From NCBI GenBank assembly GCA_949840905.1, contig CATKXW010000001.1, forward strand, positions 75,499-139,498: 64,000 nt of DNA, written 5' to 3'. Positions within the stretch are counted from its first letter, which is position 1. Every line of letters starts with the position of its first letter. Source of the DNA: an uncultured Eggerthellaceae bacterium. GTDB taxonomy: Bacteria; Actinomycetota; Coriobacteriia; Coriobacteriales; Eggerthellaceae. Positions 8,459 to 17,228 of this stretch are shown in pieces. The notes under the pieces were generated by a model that worked only from the letters and a program-made list of their open reading frames with translations, made no database searches and was not told where the DNA came from. A program made the translations under genes and the position numbers.

Positions 8459-9489
8459 CGCGGAAGGTACTCGTTGGTGAAGCCGGCGTCCATCGGCAGC
8501 GGACGCTCGGTCAGGCCCTGTTCGTTCATCCATCCATAGAAGGCGTTCCAACGCTCGGCGTCGAAGACCCCCCACTGCTCGGCGTCGGCGCGGTACTTGT
8601 CAGCCAAGAAGCGCTGGGATGCCACTGCGAGGTCGGGATCGACCTCCGGCGCGGCTGCCACCAAGATGGCCGCCGCCTCATCGGGGCGCTCCATGGCGCG
8701 CTCGTATCCGCGGGCCGTGGCTGCAAGGAACGCCCGCGCCGTATCGGGATGCTCTTCCAAGAACCGATCGTTGGCGATGATGACCGGCGTGTAGTAATCG
8801 AACCGCTCATCGAGGGCTCCCACGGCGAAGTAGTCGGTCTCAAAGCCTTGGAGCTTCGCGTTCTGCCCAGCCCACCCTTCGAAGCACCACACGGCATCGA
8901 ACTGCTCGGCACGCAAGCCGCTCACCTCATCGGTGGAGTTGGCTGGCACCAATTCCACCTTCTCCCACTCACCGCCTGCATCTTCCACCAGGGTGCGCAC
9001 GATAGCCTTCTCCGTCGCCACATCAAGGGTGCCGTAGCGCTCACCTTCCAGCCCCAAAGGATCGGTGATGCCCTCGCCCGCACGGCTGATGAGGCCGCTC
9101 GTGTTGTGCTGGATGATGGCGGCCACCGCCGTCACCGGCAAAGGATCGGCACTGCCAAGATAGTTCGCCATCCAATCCTGATAGCTGATGCCGAACTCAG
9201 CGCGACCGCTGGCAACAAGGGCGTCAGCGCCGTCCTCGGGCGGCTGCACCACGGTGACGTCGAGCCCTTCATCGGCGTAGTAGCCCTGATCGATGGCGAC
9301 GTAGATGCCGCTGTGGTTGGTGTTCGGGGTATAGTCGAGCACCACAGTGACCGGCGTCAGCCCCGCAGAGCCGTCCGAGCGAGCCACAGCGCCGTCCATG
9401 TTCGGCTGTGGCGAGCAGCCGACCAGCCCGATCGCTAGCATCGCCGCAGTCAGCAGCACGACCGCCCTCTTCCTTCGCGTTCTCTTCAT
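8455..9489 (-). CDS. ABC substrate-binding lipoprotein, NMT1/THI5-like (ThiY-like, pyrimidine/HMP precursor binding)
   Basis: 344 aa from the ATG at 9489 (ATGA overlap with the permease stop). Lipobox LAIGLVGCS. LDYTPNTNHSGIYVA..GYY is typical of the NMT1/THI5-like family. The operon sits behind a TPP riboswitch. Confidence 0.8.
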   Translation of the reverse strand: MKRTRRKRAVVLLTAAMLAIGLVGCSPQPNMDGAVARSDGSAGLTPVTVVLDYTPNTNHSGIYVAIDQGYYADEGLDVTVVQPPEDGADALVASGRAEFGISYQDWMANYLGSADPLPVTAVAAIIQHNTSGLISRAGEGITDPLGLEGERYGTLDVATEKAIVRTLVEDAGGEWEKVELVPANSTDEVSGLRAEQFDAVWCFEGWAGQNAKLQGFETDYFAVGALDERFDYYTPVIIANDRFLEEHPDTARAFLAATARGYERAMERPDEAAAILVAAAPEVDPDLAVASQRFLADKYRADAEQWGVFDAERWNAFYGWMNEQGLTERPLPMDAGFTNEYLPR

Positions 9490-10340
9490 GCGTCCTTCCC
9501 TTCTTCCGTCATGACCGCGCTCCCGCGGCGTTTCCATGGCATGCACCCGTAGCGCAGCGCCTTGACGATGACCATGAGCAACAGCGACACTCCTGAGATG
9601 ATCGCCACGGCGGCGAACAGCGAATCGTAGTCATAGGACTTCCGCACGCGCGTCATGTAGACGCCCAAGCCCTCGAAGCCGCCCAACCATTCGGCCACCA
9701 CGGCCGCCACCACGGCATAGGCAGCGGCCATGAGCAGCCCCGAGAAGAACGAGTCGGCGGCAGCAGGCAGCTTCGCATAGCGGAAGATGCGCCAGCGGCC
9801 CATGCCCATGGTGCGCAGAAGGTCGATGGCATCAGGATCGACCGAGCGGAAGCCGCTCGCCAGCGCCACGGTGATGGGAAAGAACGTGGTGAGCACGACC
9901 AGCAGCACCTTGGGCAGCATGTCATAGCCGAACCATAGCACCAGAAGCGGTGCCACGGCCACGGTCGGGATGGTCTGGGATATGGTGATGAGCGGTGAGA
10001 GCGCCGCATCCACCAGGAAGAACCGCTCCATGGCCACTGCGATCAAAAAGCCGAGGGCGACCCCTCCCGCAAGCCCCATCAGCGCCTCTGCGAGAGTGAC
10101 GGCGCCATGGGCTGCCAACAGCTCCCCATCGGCGAGAAGAGCGTCCAGCACCTGCATCGGGCTGGGCAGCATGAAGCTGGGCACCAGGTGCAACGTACAG
10201 ACGAGCTGCCATAGGCCGAGCAACGTCGCCACGGCCAGACAGGGCACGATCGCGCGCACGGATCGGCGGATGCGCCGCTTCGCATCCCTGTGGTGGGATC
10301 GAGAGAACGGCTCTAAGGTCTCAATGGGTTCTTCGTTCAT
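9486..10340 (-). CDS. ABC transporter permease (ThiX-like)
   Basis: 284 aa, multi-span, BPD-type permease. First gene after the TPP riboswitch. Confidence 0.85.
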   Translation of the reverse strand: MNEEPIETLEPFSRSHHRDAKRRIRRSVRAIVPCLAVATLLGLWQLVCTLHLVPSFMLPSPMQVLDALLADGELLAAHGAVTLAEALMGLAGGVALGFLIAVAMERFFLVDAALSPLITISQTIPTVAVAPLLVLWFGYDMLPKVLLVVLTTFFPITVALASGFRSVDPDAIDLLRTMGMGRWRIFRYAKLPAAADSFFSGLLMAAAYAVVAAVVAEWLGGFEGLGVYMTRVRKSYDYDSLFAAVAIISGVSLLLMVIVKALRYGCMPWKRRGSAVMTEEGKDA

Positions 10341-10341
10341 G

Positions 10342-10445
10342 ATGCTTCCCTACGCTGGCATTACCCAGATCAGGTTCCCTCGGGTCGGAAAGCGGGCTCA
10401 TGCTCTCCCTCTCAGCCGCGATGATCTCCCTCGCAGCTCCCCTCT
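10342..10445 (-). promoter_or_regulatory. TPP (THI-box) riboswitch
   Basis: Minus strand reads GCGGCUGAGAGGGAGAGCAUGAGCCCGCUUUCCGACCCGAGGGAACCUGAUCUGGGUAAUGCCAGCGUAGGGAAGC. It contains the CUGAGA, ACCUGAUCUGGGUAAUGCCAGCG and AGGGA consensus blocks. The 3' AGGGAAG doubles as the SD, 5 nt before the ATG at 10340. Confidence 0.9.
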
Positions 10446-10461
10446 ATCAAATGTGGCACCG

Positions 10462-10470
10462 ATTGTAGCA
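10462..10470 (-). promoter_or_regulatory. Candidate extended -10 promoter (TGCTACAAT) for the riboswitch-thiXYZ transcript
   Basis: Minus strand reads TATGCTACAATCGG immediately upstream of the riboswitch. Confidence 0.5.
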
Positions 10471-10545
10471 TACTCTCATCGAGCAGTGGTGGTGCCTCGC
10501 TATGCCACTACCACCGAAGACGAACCTACGAAAGAGGAGCGAGCG

Positions 10546-11334
10546 ATGGACGTCACCACCCCCTCCCTTCCCCTCACCGATGCGCACGCACATCTGAACT
10601 GCGACGACAACGCGCTCGAAGAGCTCGCCTATCGCCGCGAGCACGCCGTGGCCACCTGCTTGTCCACAGCGACCCTCGCCGAATGGGAACGGGCGAACGA
10701 CCTTCTTGCCTCCGCGGATGTCGAGGGGGATGCGCCGTTGTGCGTCAGCTTCGGCATTCATCCTTGGGAAGCCACCGCTCACGAGCCGAGCGAATGCGCC
10801 GAGGCCTACCGCCGCTGTGCAGCCATCGGCGAGATAGGTCTCGACGACCTTTGGTGCGATGTGCCCCTGCCTCGCCAGATCGCGGTGTTCGAACAGCAGT
10901 TGCAATGGGCAGCCGACCTGCATAAGCCCATCGTCCTGCACACGAAGGGTCAAGAGGCGCGCATCGCCGCTATGGTGGCCGACTTCCCCGAACCTGTGCT
11001 GGTCCATTGGTATTCCGGACCTCTCGATATCTTCGAGCGCTTCGCCGAGGCAGCCTGCTCCTTCACCCTCGGGCCCGACTGCTCAGAAGAAGACGAGCTG
11101 GGCCACGCGTTGCTGTGCGCGCTCTCGCCGGAGCGCATCCTCACAGAGACCGACGGCATGGAGGGCATCCTCTGGGCCGCTGGCCAAAAGACCGGGAGCA
11201 CCTCCGACCTCTCTCTCATAGAGACGACGCTCTCGCGCACCACGCTCGCGCTCGCCCGCGCTCGCAACGCAGACCCGCACATCATGGCTTGCCAGCTCAG
11301 AAAGAACTTCGAGCTCTTCTATGCCTTGAACTGA
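10546..11334 (+). CDS. TatD-family metal-dependent hydrolase
   Basis: 262 aa from the ATG at 10546, preceded by AAAGAGGAG. Motifs DAHAHL, GEIGLD, LHTK. The 454-aa ORF in the track is an artefactual 5' extension across the permease and riboswitch. Confidence 0.8.
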   Translation: MDVTTPSLPLTDAHAHLNCDDNALEELAYRREHAVATCLSTATLAEWERANDLLASADVEGDAPLCVSFGIHPWEATAHEPSECAEAYRRCAAIGEIGLDDLWCDVPLPRQIAVFEQQLQWAADLHKPIVLHTKGQEARIAAMVADFPEPVLVHWYSGPLDIFERFAEAACSFTLGPDCSEEDELGHALLCALSPERILTETDGMEGILWAAGQKTGSTSDLSLIETTLSRTTLALARARNADPHIMACQLRKNFELFYALN

Positions 11335-13367
11335 GAGGGATGCTTCTTGAAGAAGTCGAAGCGCGCAGGGAGCTCCTTCACCAGATGGGCACCTGCGGCG
11401 ATCTCTTCGGCGGTGCACAGCTCGGCGTTGCCGTCGAAGTCGTAGTTCCAGCTGAAGAAGTCCGTCGCGGAGAAGTCCAGCATCTCGCAGATGAGCTCGC
11501 AGCCCCGCGGCACCACCGGATGCATCAGAAGCGTCGCCACGCGCAGCAAGAAGAAGCTGTCGCACAGCACCTGTTTGCGCGCCACCTCGTCATCAGCGGC
11601 CTCGGCCGCCTTGATGCCGTCGGCCCACCATTTCTGCCCATAGCGGATGAACTCGTCCATGAGCGACATCACCGAATGCAGCTCCACCCGATGCATGAGC
11701 CCATCATAGGCGCGCAAGGTCTCGCGCGCCCGCTCCACCACCGAAATGGTAGGAGCATCCAGCGGCATGAGCCCATCGAAGCTCTTCTGCGCCTCATAGA
11801 AGCAGCTGCGTGCCAAACGGTTGAACACGTTGGTGAGCAGCGCACCCTCCTTCAGCGCCGGATCGGCCACGCGCGGGTCGTTACGCTTCTCCTCGTCCGG
11901 CTCGAAGGGCTTGGGAGAGAACCCGACCGCCTTCTGATCGAGGCCCAGAGCGAGGAAATGGGCGCGCAGCTGCTCGGCCGTATAATGCTCCAGAAGCTCT
12001 TCGCCCGTCGGCGGCTTCACTGCTCCTGAAGAGGAGGCCTTGGTCTTGCCGAACAGCAGATGATGGTTCGCCACCAGCTTCGTCTGGCGCAAAGGCTCAT
12101 CATCGACGCCCGCCTCGGCACCGCGCTCTTCAGCGAACAGACCGCCCGGTCGTAGCGCCTGCCACAGAGCCGGCTGGGCTACGCCGTAGAAATACAGGTT
12201 GTCCTGACCGATGAACTGATAGATGCAGGAATCGGGCGCGCACCAGAAGTCGCGCCACGCCTCACGCGGCAGTCCGCGCTCATCGTTGCACGCGATGGTG
12301 AACGAGATAGGCGCCCACAACGACTCGGGCCAGCACCACACGGTGAGGCCTTCCACCCCATCCAGCACCGGTGCCTTCACGCCCCATTCGATGTTGCCCG
12401 TGATGCGGAACGGCACGAGCGTCTTCGACGTGCGAAAGCGGATGTTCGCCTGAGCGAGCACCTTGCGCGCCTCATCCCGCGCCTCGATGGAGGCGAACTC
12501 TATCTCGAAGCTGGCCTTGCCCTTCTCCGCCTCTCGCTGCTCGTGCTCGGGCAGTTGAGCGCGCACTTCGAGGTAACGCTCATAGGCCTCGTTCTTCACG
12601 AAGATGATAGGAGGTGCCAGAAACTCGGCGATGGCCTGCGGCACCAGCGGACGCACCTCGGGGTCGGCCTGCAGCTGCTTCACGCGCTCGCGCAGAACAT
12701 CGCCAAAGGCCGGCAGGTCGAAGTACCAGTTCATGACCGACCGCATCTCCGGCACCGTATCGGTCAGAGTGGAGCGCGGGTTCGGCAGGTCCTCGGGAGC
12801 GTAGCTGTGACCGAGGTCGCACTCGTCGGCATAAGCCCGCTCGGCCTTGCAGCCCTGCACCGGGCAATACGATCCGAGCACTTGGCGGCCGTTCAGGAAC
12901 GTCTCGGCCTGAGTATCGTAGAACTGCAACGTGGAATCGAGCTTCAACCAGCCGTTCTGCCACAACCGCGTGATGAGCTCATCGGTCAGCTCTTGGTGCA
13001 CCTCGCCGCCATGGCCGATGCCCGAGCCCTCGAAGATGTCGAGGGAGACATCGAAGGCGCGCAACGTGGCGGCCTGACGCTCATGGTTCTGCTGCACGTA
13101 ATCAGCGATGGTGCCCTGGAAGCCCTGCTCTTCGCAAGCCTTCCGATAACCCTCGTTGATGGGCGAGCCGTAGCAATCGGTGCCCGAGACGAACCGCACG
13201 TTCTCGGCACCGATACGGTCGCGCAAGAAGCGGGCGAAGGCGTCGGCGGGAACGAACACGCCGCCGATATGGCCGAAATGCAGCGGTTTGTTGCCGTAGG
13301 GCATGCCCGCCGTCACCACGGCGGTCGCAGGCCATCGCAGGCGCGCATTCTCGCTCAGGTCGGACAC
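11319..13367 (-). CDS. metG: Methionine--tRNA ligase
   Basis: 682 aa class I aaRS. PYGNKPLHFGHIGG (HIGH-type motif), SGTDCYGSPI, and a Cys knuckle CPVQGC...C. The 3' end overlaps tatD convergently by 16 nt. Confidence 0.8.
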   Translation of the reverse strand: MSDLSENARLRWPATAVVTAGMPYGNKPLHFGHIGGVFVPADAFARFLRDRIGAENVRFVSGTDCYGSPINEGYRKACEEQGFQGTIADYVQQNHERQAATLRAFDVSLDIFEGSGIGHGGEVHQELTDELITRLWQNGWLKLDSTLQFYDTQAETFLNGRQVLGSYCPVQGCKAERAYADECDLGHSYAPEDLPNPRSTLTDTVPEMRSVMNWYFDLPAFGDVLRERVKQLQADPEVRPLVPQAIAEFLAPPIIFVKNEAYERYLEVRAQLPEHEQREAEKGKASFEIEFASIEARDEARKVLAQANIRFRTSKTLVPFRITGNIEWGVKAPVLDGVEGLTVWCWPESLWAPISFTIACNDERGLPREAWRDFWCAPDSCIYQFIGQDNLYFYGVAQPALWQALRPGGLFAEERGAEAGVDDEPLRQTKLVANHHLLFGKTKASSSGAVKPPTGEELLEHYTAEQLRAHFLALGLDQKAVGFSPKPFEPDEEKRNDPRVADPALKEGALLTNVFNRLARSCFYEAQKSFDGLMPLDAPTISVVERARETLRAYDGLMHRVELHSVMSLMDEFIRYGQKWWADGIKAAEAADDEVARKQVLCDSFFLLRVATLLMHPVVPRGCELICEMLDFSATDFFSWNYDFDGNAELCTAEEIAAGAHLVKELPARFDFFKKHPSQFKA

Positions 13368-13415
13368 GGCATACCCCTTCTCTTGGATGATCGAAAGCTC
13401 TTCGTCGAATATGGC

Positions 13416-15221
13416 CTAGAACTCGAAGTTCTCGTCGCTCTTGGCCGCATGCGTCTGCGCCTTCTTGGCCGTGCGCATGAGGAACTCCTCGTTGGTATCG
13501 GTCTGCTTGAGCGATTTGATGAGCATGTCCATCGAGCGCTCGGTGTTGTTCATGTTGCCCAGGATGCGGCGCACGGCCCAGATCAGCGGTGCCTCCTGCG
13601 GATCGAGCAGCAGCTCCTCTTTGCGGGTGCCCGACGACACCGGGTCGATGGCCGGGAAGATGCGACGATCGGCCAGGTTGCGATCGAGCTTGAGCTCCAT
13701 GTTGCCGGTGCCCTTGAACTCCTCGAAGATGACCTCGTCCATCTTCGAGCCGGTATCGATCAGCGCTGACGCGAGGATGGTGAGCGAGCCGCCGCCCTCG
13801 ATGTTGCGCGCCGCGCCCAAGAAGCGCTTGGGAGGATAGAGCGCCGTGGAATCGACGCCACCGGACAGGATGCGGCCCGAAGCCGGCTGCGCCAGGTTGT
13901 ACGCGCGCGCCAAACGGGTGATGGAGTCGAGCAGGATCACCACGTCCTTGCCCTGCTCCACCAAGCGCTTCGCGCGCTCGATGACCAGCTCGGCCACGGC
14001 GATGTGGTTCTCGGAGGGCATGTCGAAGGTGGAGGAGATGACCTCGCCTCGAATGGAGCGCTCCATGTCGGTGGCTTCCTCGGGACGCTCGTCGATACCG
14101 AGGTACATCAGGTGCACCTGCGGGTTGTTCGCCGTGATGGAAGCGGCGATGTCCTTCAAGATGGTGGTCTTGCCGGCCTTGGGCGGCGACACGATCAGAC
14201 CGCGCTGGCCCTTGCCCACCGGCGCCACCAGATCCACCACGCGCGCAGTGATGGTGTTCTTGCCATGCTCCATGGTCATGCGCTCATCGGGAAAGATGGG
14301 CGTGAGGTCGGCGAAGCGGGGACGATAGGTCAGCTCGTCGATGGGGATGCCGTTGACGGAGAACACCTTCTGGATGGCCGCGAACTTCTCGTTGCTGCGT
14401 GCAGGCCGGGTCTGGCCCGTCACGTGGTCGCCACGGCGCAGACCGTTGCGACGGATGGTGGACAGGCCCACGTACACGTCATGGTCGCCGGGCAGATACC
14501 CGCTGGCGCGCAAGAAGCCATAGCCATCGGCCATGATATCGAGGATGCCCTCCACCTCCGCGAAGCCCTCGGCCTTCAAGATGGTATCGTAGAGCGAATC
14601 GATGAGCTCGGCCTTCTTCAGACCCGAGGCGTCCATGTTGTACGCCGCCGCGCGCTCGCGCAGGTCGGCCACCTTCAGCGCAGCCAGCTCTTCTTTCGTC
14701 ACGCTGGGCTGTATGGGCTGGTTGTTGTGGTTGTTGTTTCGCTGGCGGCGATTGTTATTGTTGTTATGCTTCTGGTTGTTCTGTTGGTTCTGGCGCCCGT
14801 TGTTGTTCTTCTGGCCGTTGTTGTGCTGATAGGACCCGTTATTGCCGCCGGATGTGCGGTTGTTCTTGCGCACCACGGTGGTCTTCTGCTGTTTGGGCTC
14901 CGCAGCGGACGCAGGGGCTTCGGCCGCTGGCGCTGGCTCAGGAGCCGCTTGTGCAGCCTCTGCAGCCGGGACCTCTTCCTCAGCAGCCTTCTTGCGCGGG
15001 CGGCCCCGCTTGGGCTTCTCGACCGGTGCCTCTTCAGCCTGGGGCTCCTCAGCCTTGGCATCCGCCCCTTCCTCGGGAAGAGGGTTCTTGCGCGGGCGGC
15101 CCCGCTTGCGCTTAGGGGGCTCGGCGGCGTCTGCTGCCTCCGTCTTCTCGGCGGCGCTCGTCGCCTCCACTACTGCTTCGGCAGCCTCAGCGGCTGCCGC
15201 ATCGGACTTTCTCGGGCTCAT
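13416..15221 (-). CDS. rho: Transcription termination factor Rho with a long N-terminal insertion
   Basis: 601 aa from the ATG at 15221 (SD GGGAGAAGG; ATGA overlap with the tal stop). The track start at 15242 is a TTG. C-terminal two thirds is canonical Rho (GFGFLR-like GYGFLRA, Walker A PPKAGKT, RecA-type core). The N-terminus has an Ala/Glu-rich region, two KRGRPRK motifs and an Asn/Gln-rich tract. Confidence 0.93.
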   Translation of the reverse strand: MSPRKSDAAAAEAAEAVVEATSAAEKTEAADAAEPPKRKRGRPRKNPLPEEGADAKAEEPQAEEAPVEKPKRGRPRKKAAEEEVPAAEAAQAAPEPAPAAEAPASAAEPKQQKTTVVRKNNRTSGGNNGSYQHNNGQKNNNGRQNQQNNQKHNNNNNRRQRNNNHNNQPIQPSVTKEELAALKVADLRERAAAYNMDASGLKKAELIDSLYDTILKAEGFAEVEGILDIMADGYGFLRASGYLPGDHDVYVGLSTIRRNGLRRGDHVTGQTRPARSNEKFAAIQKVFSVNGIPIDELTYRPRFADLTPIFPDERMTMEHGKNTITARVVDLVAPVGKGQRGLIVSPPKAGKTTILKDIAASITANNPQVHLMYLGIDERPEEATDMERSIRGEVISSTFDMPSENHIAVAELVIERAKRLVEQGKDVVILLDSITRLARAYNLAQPASGRILSGGVDSTALYPPKRFLGAARNIEGGGSLTILASALIDTGSKMDEVIFEEFKGTGNMELKLDRNLADRRIFPAIDPVSSGTRKEELLLDPQEAPLIWAVRRILGNMNNTERSMDMLIKSLKQTDTNEEFLMRTAKKAQTHAAKSDENFEF

Positions 15222-15898
15222 GCGTTCTGTACCTTCTCCCAATCCTTCAGGAATGCTTCAAGACCACGGTCGGTCAGCGGATGCTGTACGCACTTCTTCA
15301 GAATGCCGAACGGCACCGTGGCGATGTCGGCGCCCATCAGCGCCGCTTGGGCCACATGGTTCGCGCTGCGGATGGAGGCCGCGATGATCTCCACCTGCTC
15401 GCCGTTGACCGTATCCGCCGTGAAATCGTAGTTGCCTATGGCCGTCACCACGTCATCGAGCTGGGCCAGGCCATCTTCGGATATGTCGTCGAAGCGACCC
15501 ACGAACGGCGAGATATAACGAGCGCCGGCCCGGGCGGCCAGCACGGCCTGGGGCACCGTGAAGCACAGGGTCATGTTCACCGGGATGCCCTCGTCGGCCA
15601 GCACGCGCGTGGCGGCCAGGCCCTCTACCATAGTGGGCACCTTCACCACGACGTTGGGGGCGATAGCTGCCAGCTCGCGACCGTCGCGCACGATCTCGTC
15701 GCGGGTCATGGCCACGGTCTCGGCAGAGACAGGGCCGTCCACCAGCTCGCAGATGCGGGCGATATGCTTCGGGAAGTCGGCGAGCTTGCCGCCCACCCGC
15801 GCGTACAGCGACGGGTTGGTGGTCACGCCCGCGAGCGCGCCCCAGCTCGCGGCTTCCTCGATCTCGGCCAGGTCGGCCGTGTCCAAAAAGAACTTCAT
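15218..15898 (-). CDS. tal: Transaldolase / fructose-6-phosphate aldolase (short type 3B)
   Basis: 226 aa from the ATG at 15898 (SD GGAGGA). MKFFLDTADL...GVTTNPSL...VKVP signature. Confidence 0.88.
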   Translation of the reverse strand: MKFFLDTADLAEIEEAASWGALAGVTTNPSLYARVGGKLADFPKHIARICELVDGPVSAETVAMTRDEIVRDGRELAAIAPNVVVKVPTMVEGLAATRVLADEGIPVNMTLCFTVPQAVLAARAGARYISPFVGRFDDISEDGLAQLDDVVTAIGNYDFTADTVNGEQVEIIAASIRSANHVAQAALMGADIATVPFGILKKCVQHPLTDRGLEAFLKDWEKVQNA

Positions 15899-15970
15899 GT
15901 GCGTTCCTCCTCGGATGAGTTCGCGCGCGGACAGGAAAGGCCTCGCGCTCACAGCTTACGTCTTCGGGGA

Positions 15971-15988
15971 GAGCCGCCGCTGCGGCTC
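15971..15988 (-). terminator. Perfect 7-bp GC hairpin in the ftsQ-tal spacer (possible I-shaped terminator or leader element)
   Basis: GAGCCGC-CGCT-GCGGCTC with no U-tract. It lies downstream of the candidate tal-rho promoter, so it would be inside that leader. Confidence 0.3.
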
Positions 15989-16057
15989 GAGCGAGAAACA
16001 GGAGATCATTCTTAGGAGCGCCATCCTTAAAAGAGATGGTGCTGCTCGACGATGCCC

Positions 16058-16066
16058 ATCATAGCA
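16058..16066 (-). promoter_or_regulatory. Candidate extended -10 promoter (TGCTATGAT) for tal-rho
   Basis: Minus strand reads GCTGTGCTATGATGGGC in the 223-bp spacer after ftsQ. Confidence 0.45.
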
Positions 16067-16121
16067 CAGCTTCTCGCCTACCGCGCCGAAGAAACCAACG
16101 AATGCCAGCTCATCCCCCCTC

Positions 16122-17228
16122 TCACGCAGCACGGTAGGTGGGACGCTCGGGGTCGCGGACGTTGATGTAGGCCACCTTCCCCTCGCCTGCCTTCGCGATT
16201 ATCTCCAAGCAGACGCGCTCCTTGTCGCGGATGTTCCCCGCCTTGCCGAAGGCGATCTCGATGGCGTTGTCGAGGGTGAGCATGGTGGATTCGGCATCGG
16301 TGGCCGACACGAGCTTCACCTTCTGAGCCAGCTCGGTGGACATGCCCGATACGATGGCCAGAGCGTTCAGCACCGGCTCGTCGGTGCACTGGGCGCCGAT
16401 CTCAGGTCTCACCCCCACATCCACGTCGATGATATGCATGGCAGCCTCGACGTCCTCATAGATGCGCGGGCTGATGTTGCGCCCGATCTCGGAATCTTCG
16501 GAAGGGATGGCCATCAGCCAGATGCCGTCGGGGGAGATGGCCCAGCGTTGGATCGTCTGAGCTGTTCCCACGGGCACCTCCACGATGGCGCCAACGGGAC
16601 GCTCGGTGACGTTCACGCCCAGAGTAGCAGGGAACTCACGGGACACCGACACGCTCTGCACCCAAGCATCGCGCTTCAAGCTGCGCTCGATGGCCTCGGC
16701 ATCCACTGTCAGCAGCGTAGCGCCTTCGGGCACCACCACCAGCTGGTCTATCTCGGTCTGGGTGAGATGGTCGGCCCCGCGCACTTGCACGTCCTCGATG
16801 ACGAACACCGGGCTTTGGAACAGCACCACCACGCCCACCACCAAGGCCACCACTACCGCGAACACGATGCCCAGCACGATGAGCGGCTTCTTGGATCGCT
16901 TCGGCTTCGACCGCTCTTCCTGCTTCACCGACTTACGGTCGCGCGCAGCGGCGCTACGACCGCTAACGCTGGTGGTGAAGGTACCGCTCGAGCGGGTACC
17001 TCGCAAGGAGCCGGACGTCCTGCGCCCGCTCTTGGGCAGATCGCCCACGCGCACCGAGGCCACGGTGCGGCCGCTGCGCGTAGTGGAGCGGGTGACCGTG
17101 GGCGTGCGGCGACCACCGCGCCCTGCCGTGCGCGAACCCGCGGCCGATCCTGCCCGCACCGCACGGGCATTGCGCCGCTTCCTATTCGAAGCCGATGAAG
17201 CGGACTTCCGGCTTGAGCTCGATGCCAT
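16122..17228 (-). CDS. ftsQ: Cell division protein FtsQ/DivIB with an Arg/Ser-rich N-terminal extension
   Basis: 368 aa. About 115 aa basic disordered head, one TM (LIVLGIVFAVVVALVVGVVVL), then a POTRA/FtsQ domain (VFVIEDVQVRGADHLT...). The ATG at 17228 overlaps the murB 3' end by 47 nt. Confidence 0.85.
   Translation of the reverse strand: MASSSSRKSASSASNRKRRNARAVRAGSAAGSRTAGRGGRRTPTVTRSTTRSGRTVASVRVGDLPKSGRRTSGSLRGTRSSGTFTTSVSGRSAAARDRKSVKQEERSKPKRSKKPLIVLGIVFAVVVALVVGVVVLFQSPVFVIEDVQVRGADHLTQTEIDQLVVVPEGATLLTVDAEAIERSLKRDAWVQSVSVSREFPATLGVNVTERPVGAIVEVPVGTAQTIQRWAISPDGIWLMAIPSEDSEIGRNISPRIYEDVEAAMHIIDVDVGVRPEIGAQCTDEPVLNALAIVSGMSTELAQKVKLVSATDAESTMLTLDNAIEIAFGKAGNIRDKERVCLEIIAKAGEGKVAYINVRDPERPTYRAA

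Noticed and set aside
9970-10545. 5' extension of the tatD ORF (454 aa)
   Set aside because: It runs antisense through the permease gene and the TPP riboswitch. The TatD homology starts at the ATG at 10546, which has a strong SD.
11319-11334. 16-nt convergent overlap of the tatD and metG 3' ends
   Set aside because: Common in compact genomes, with no structure or motif of note.
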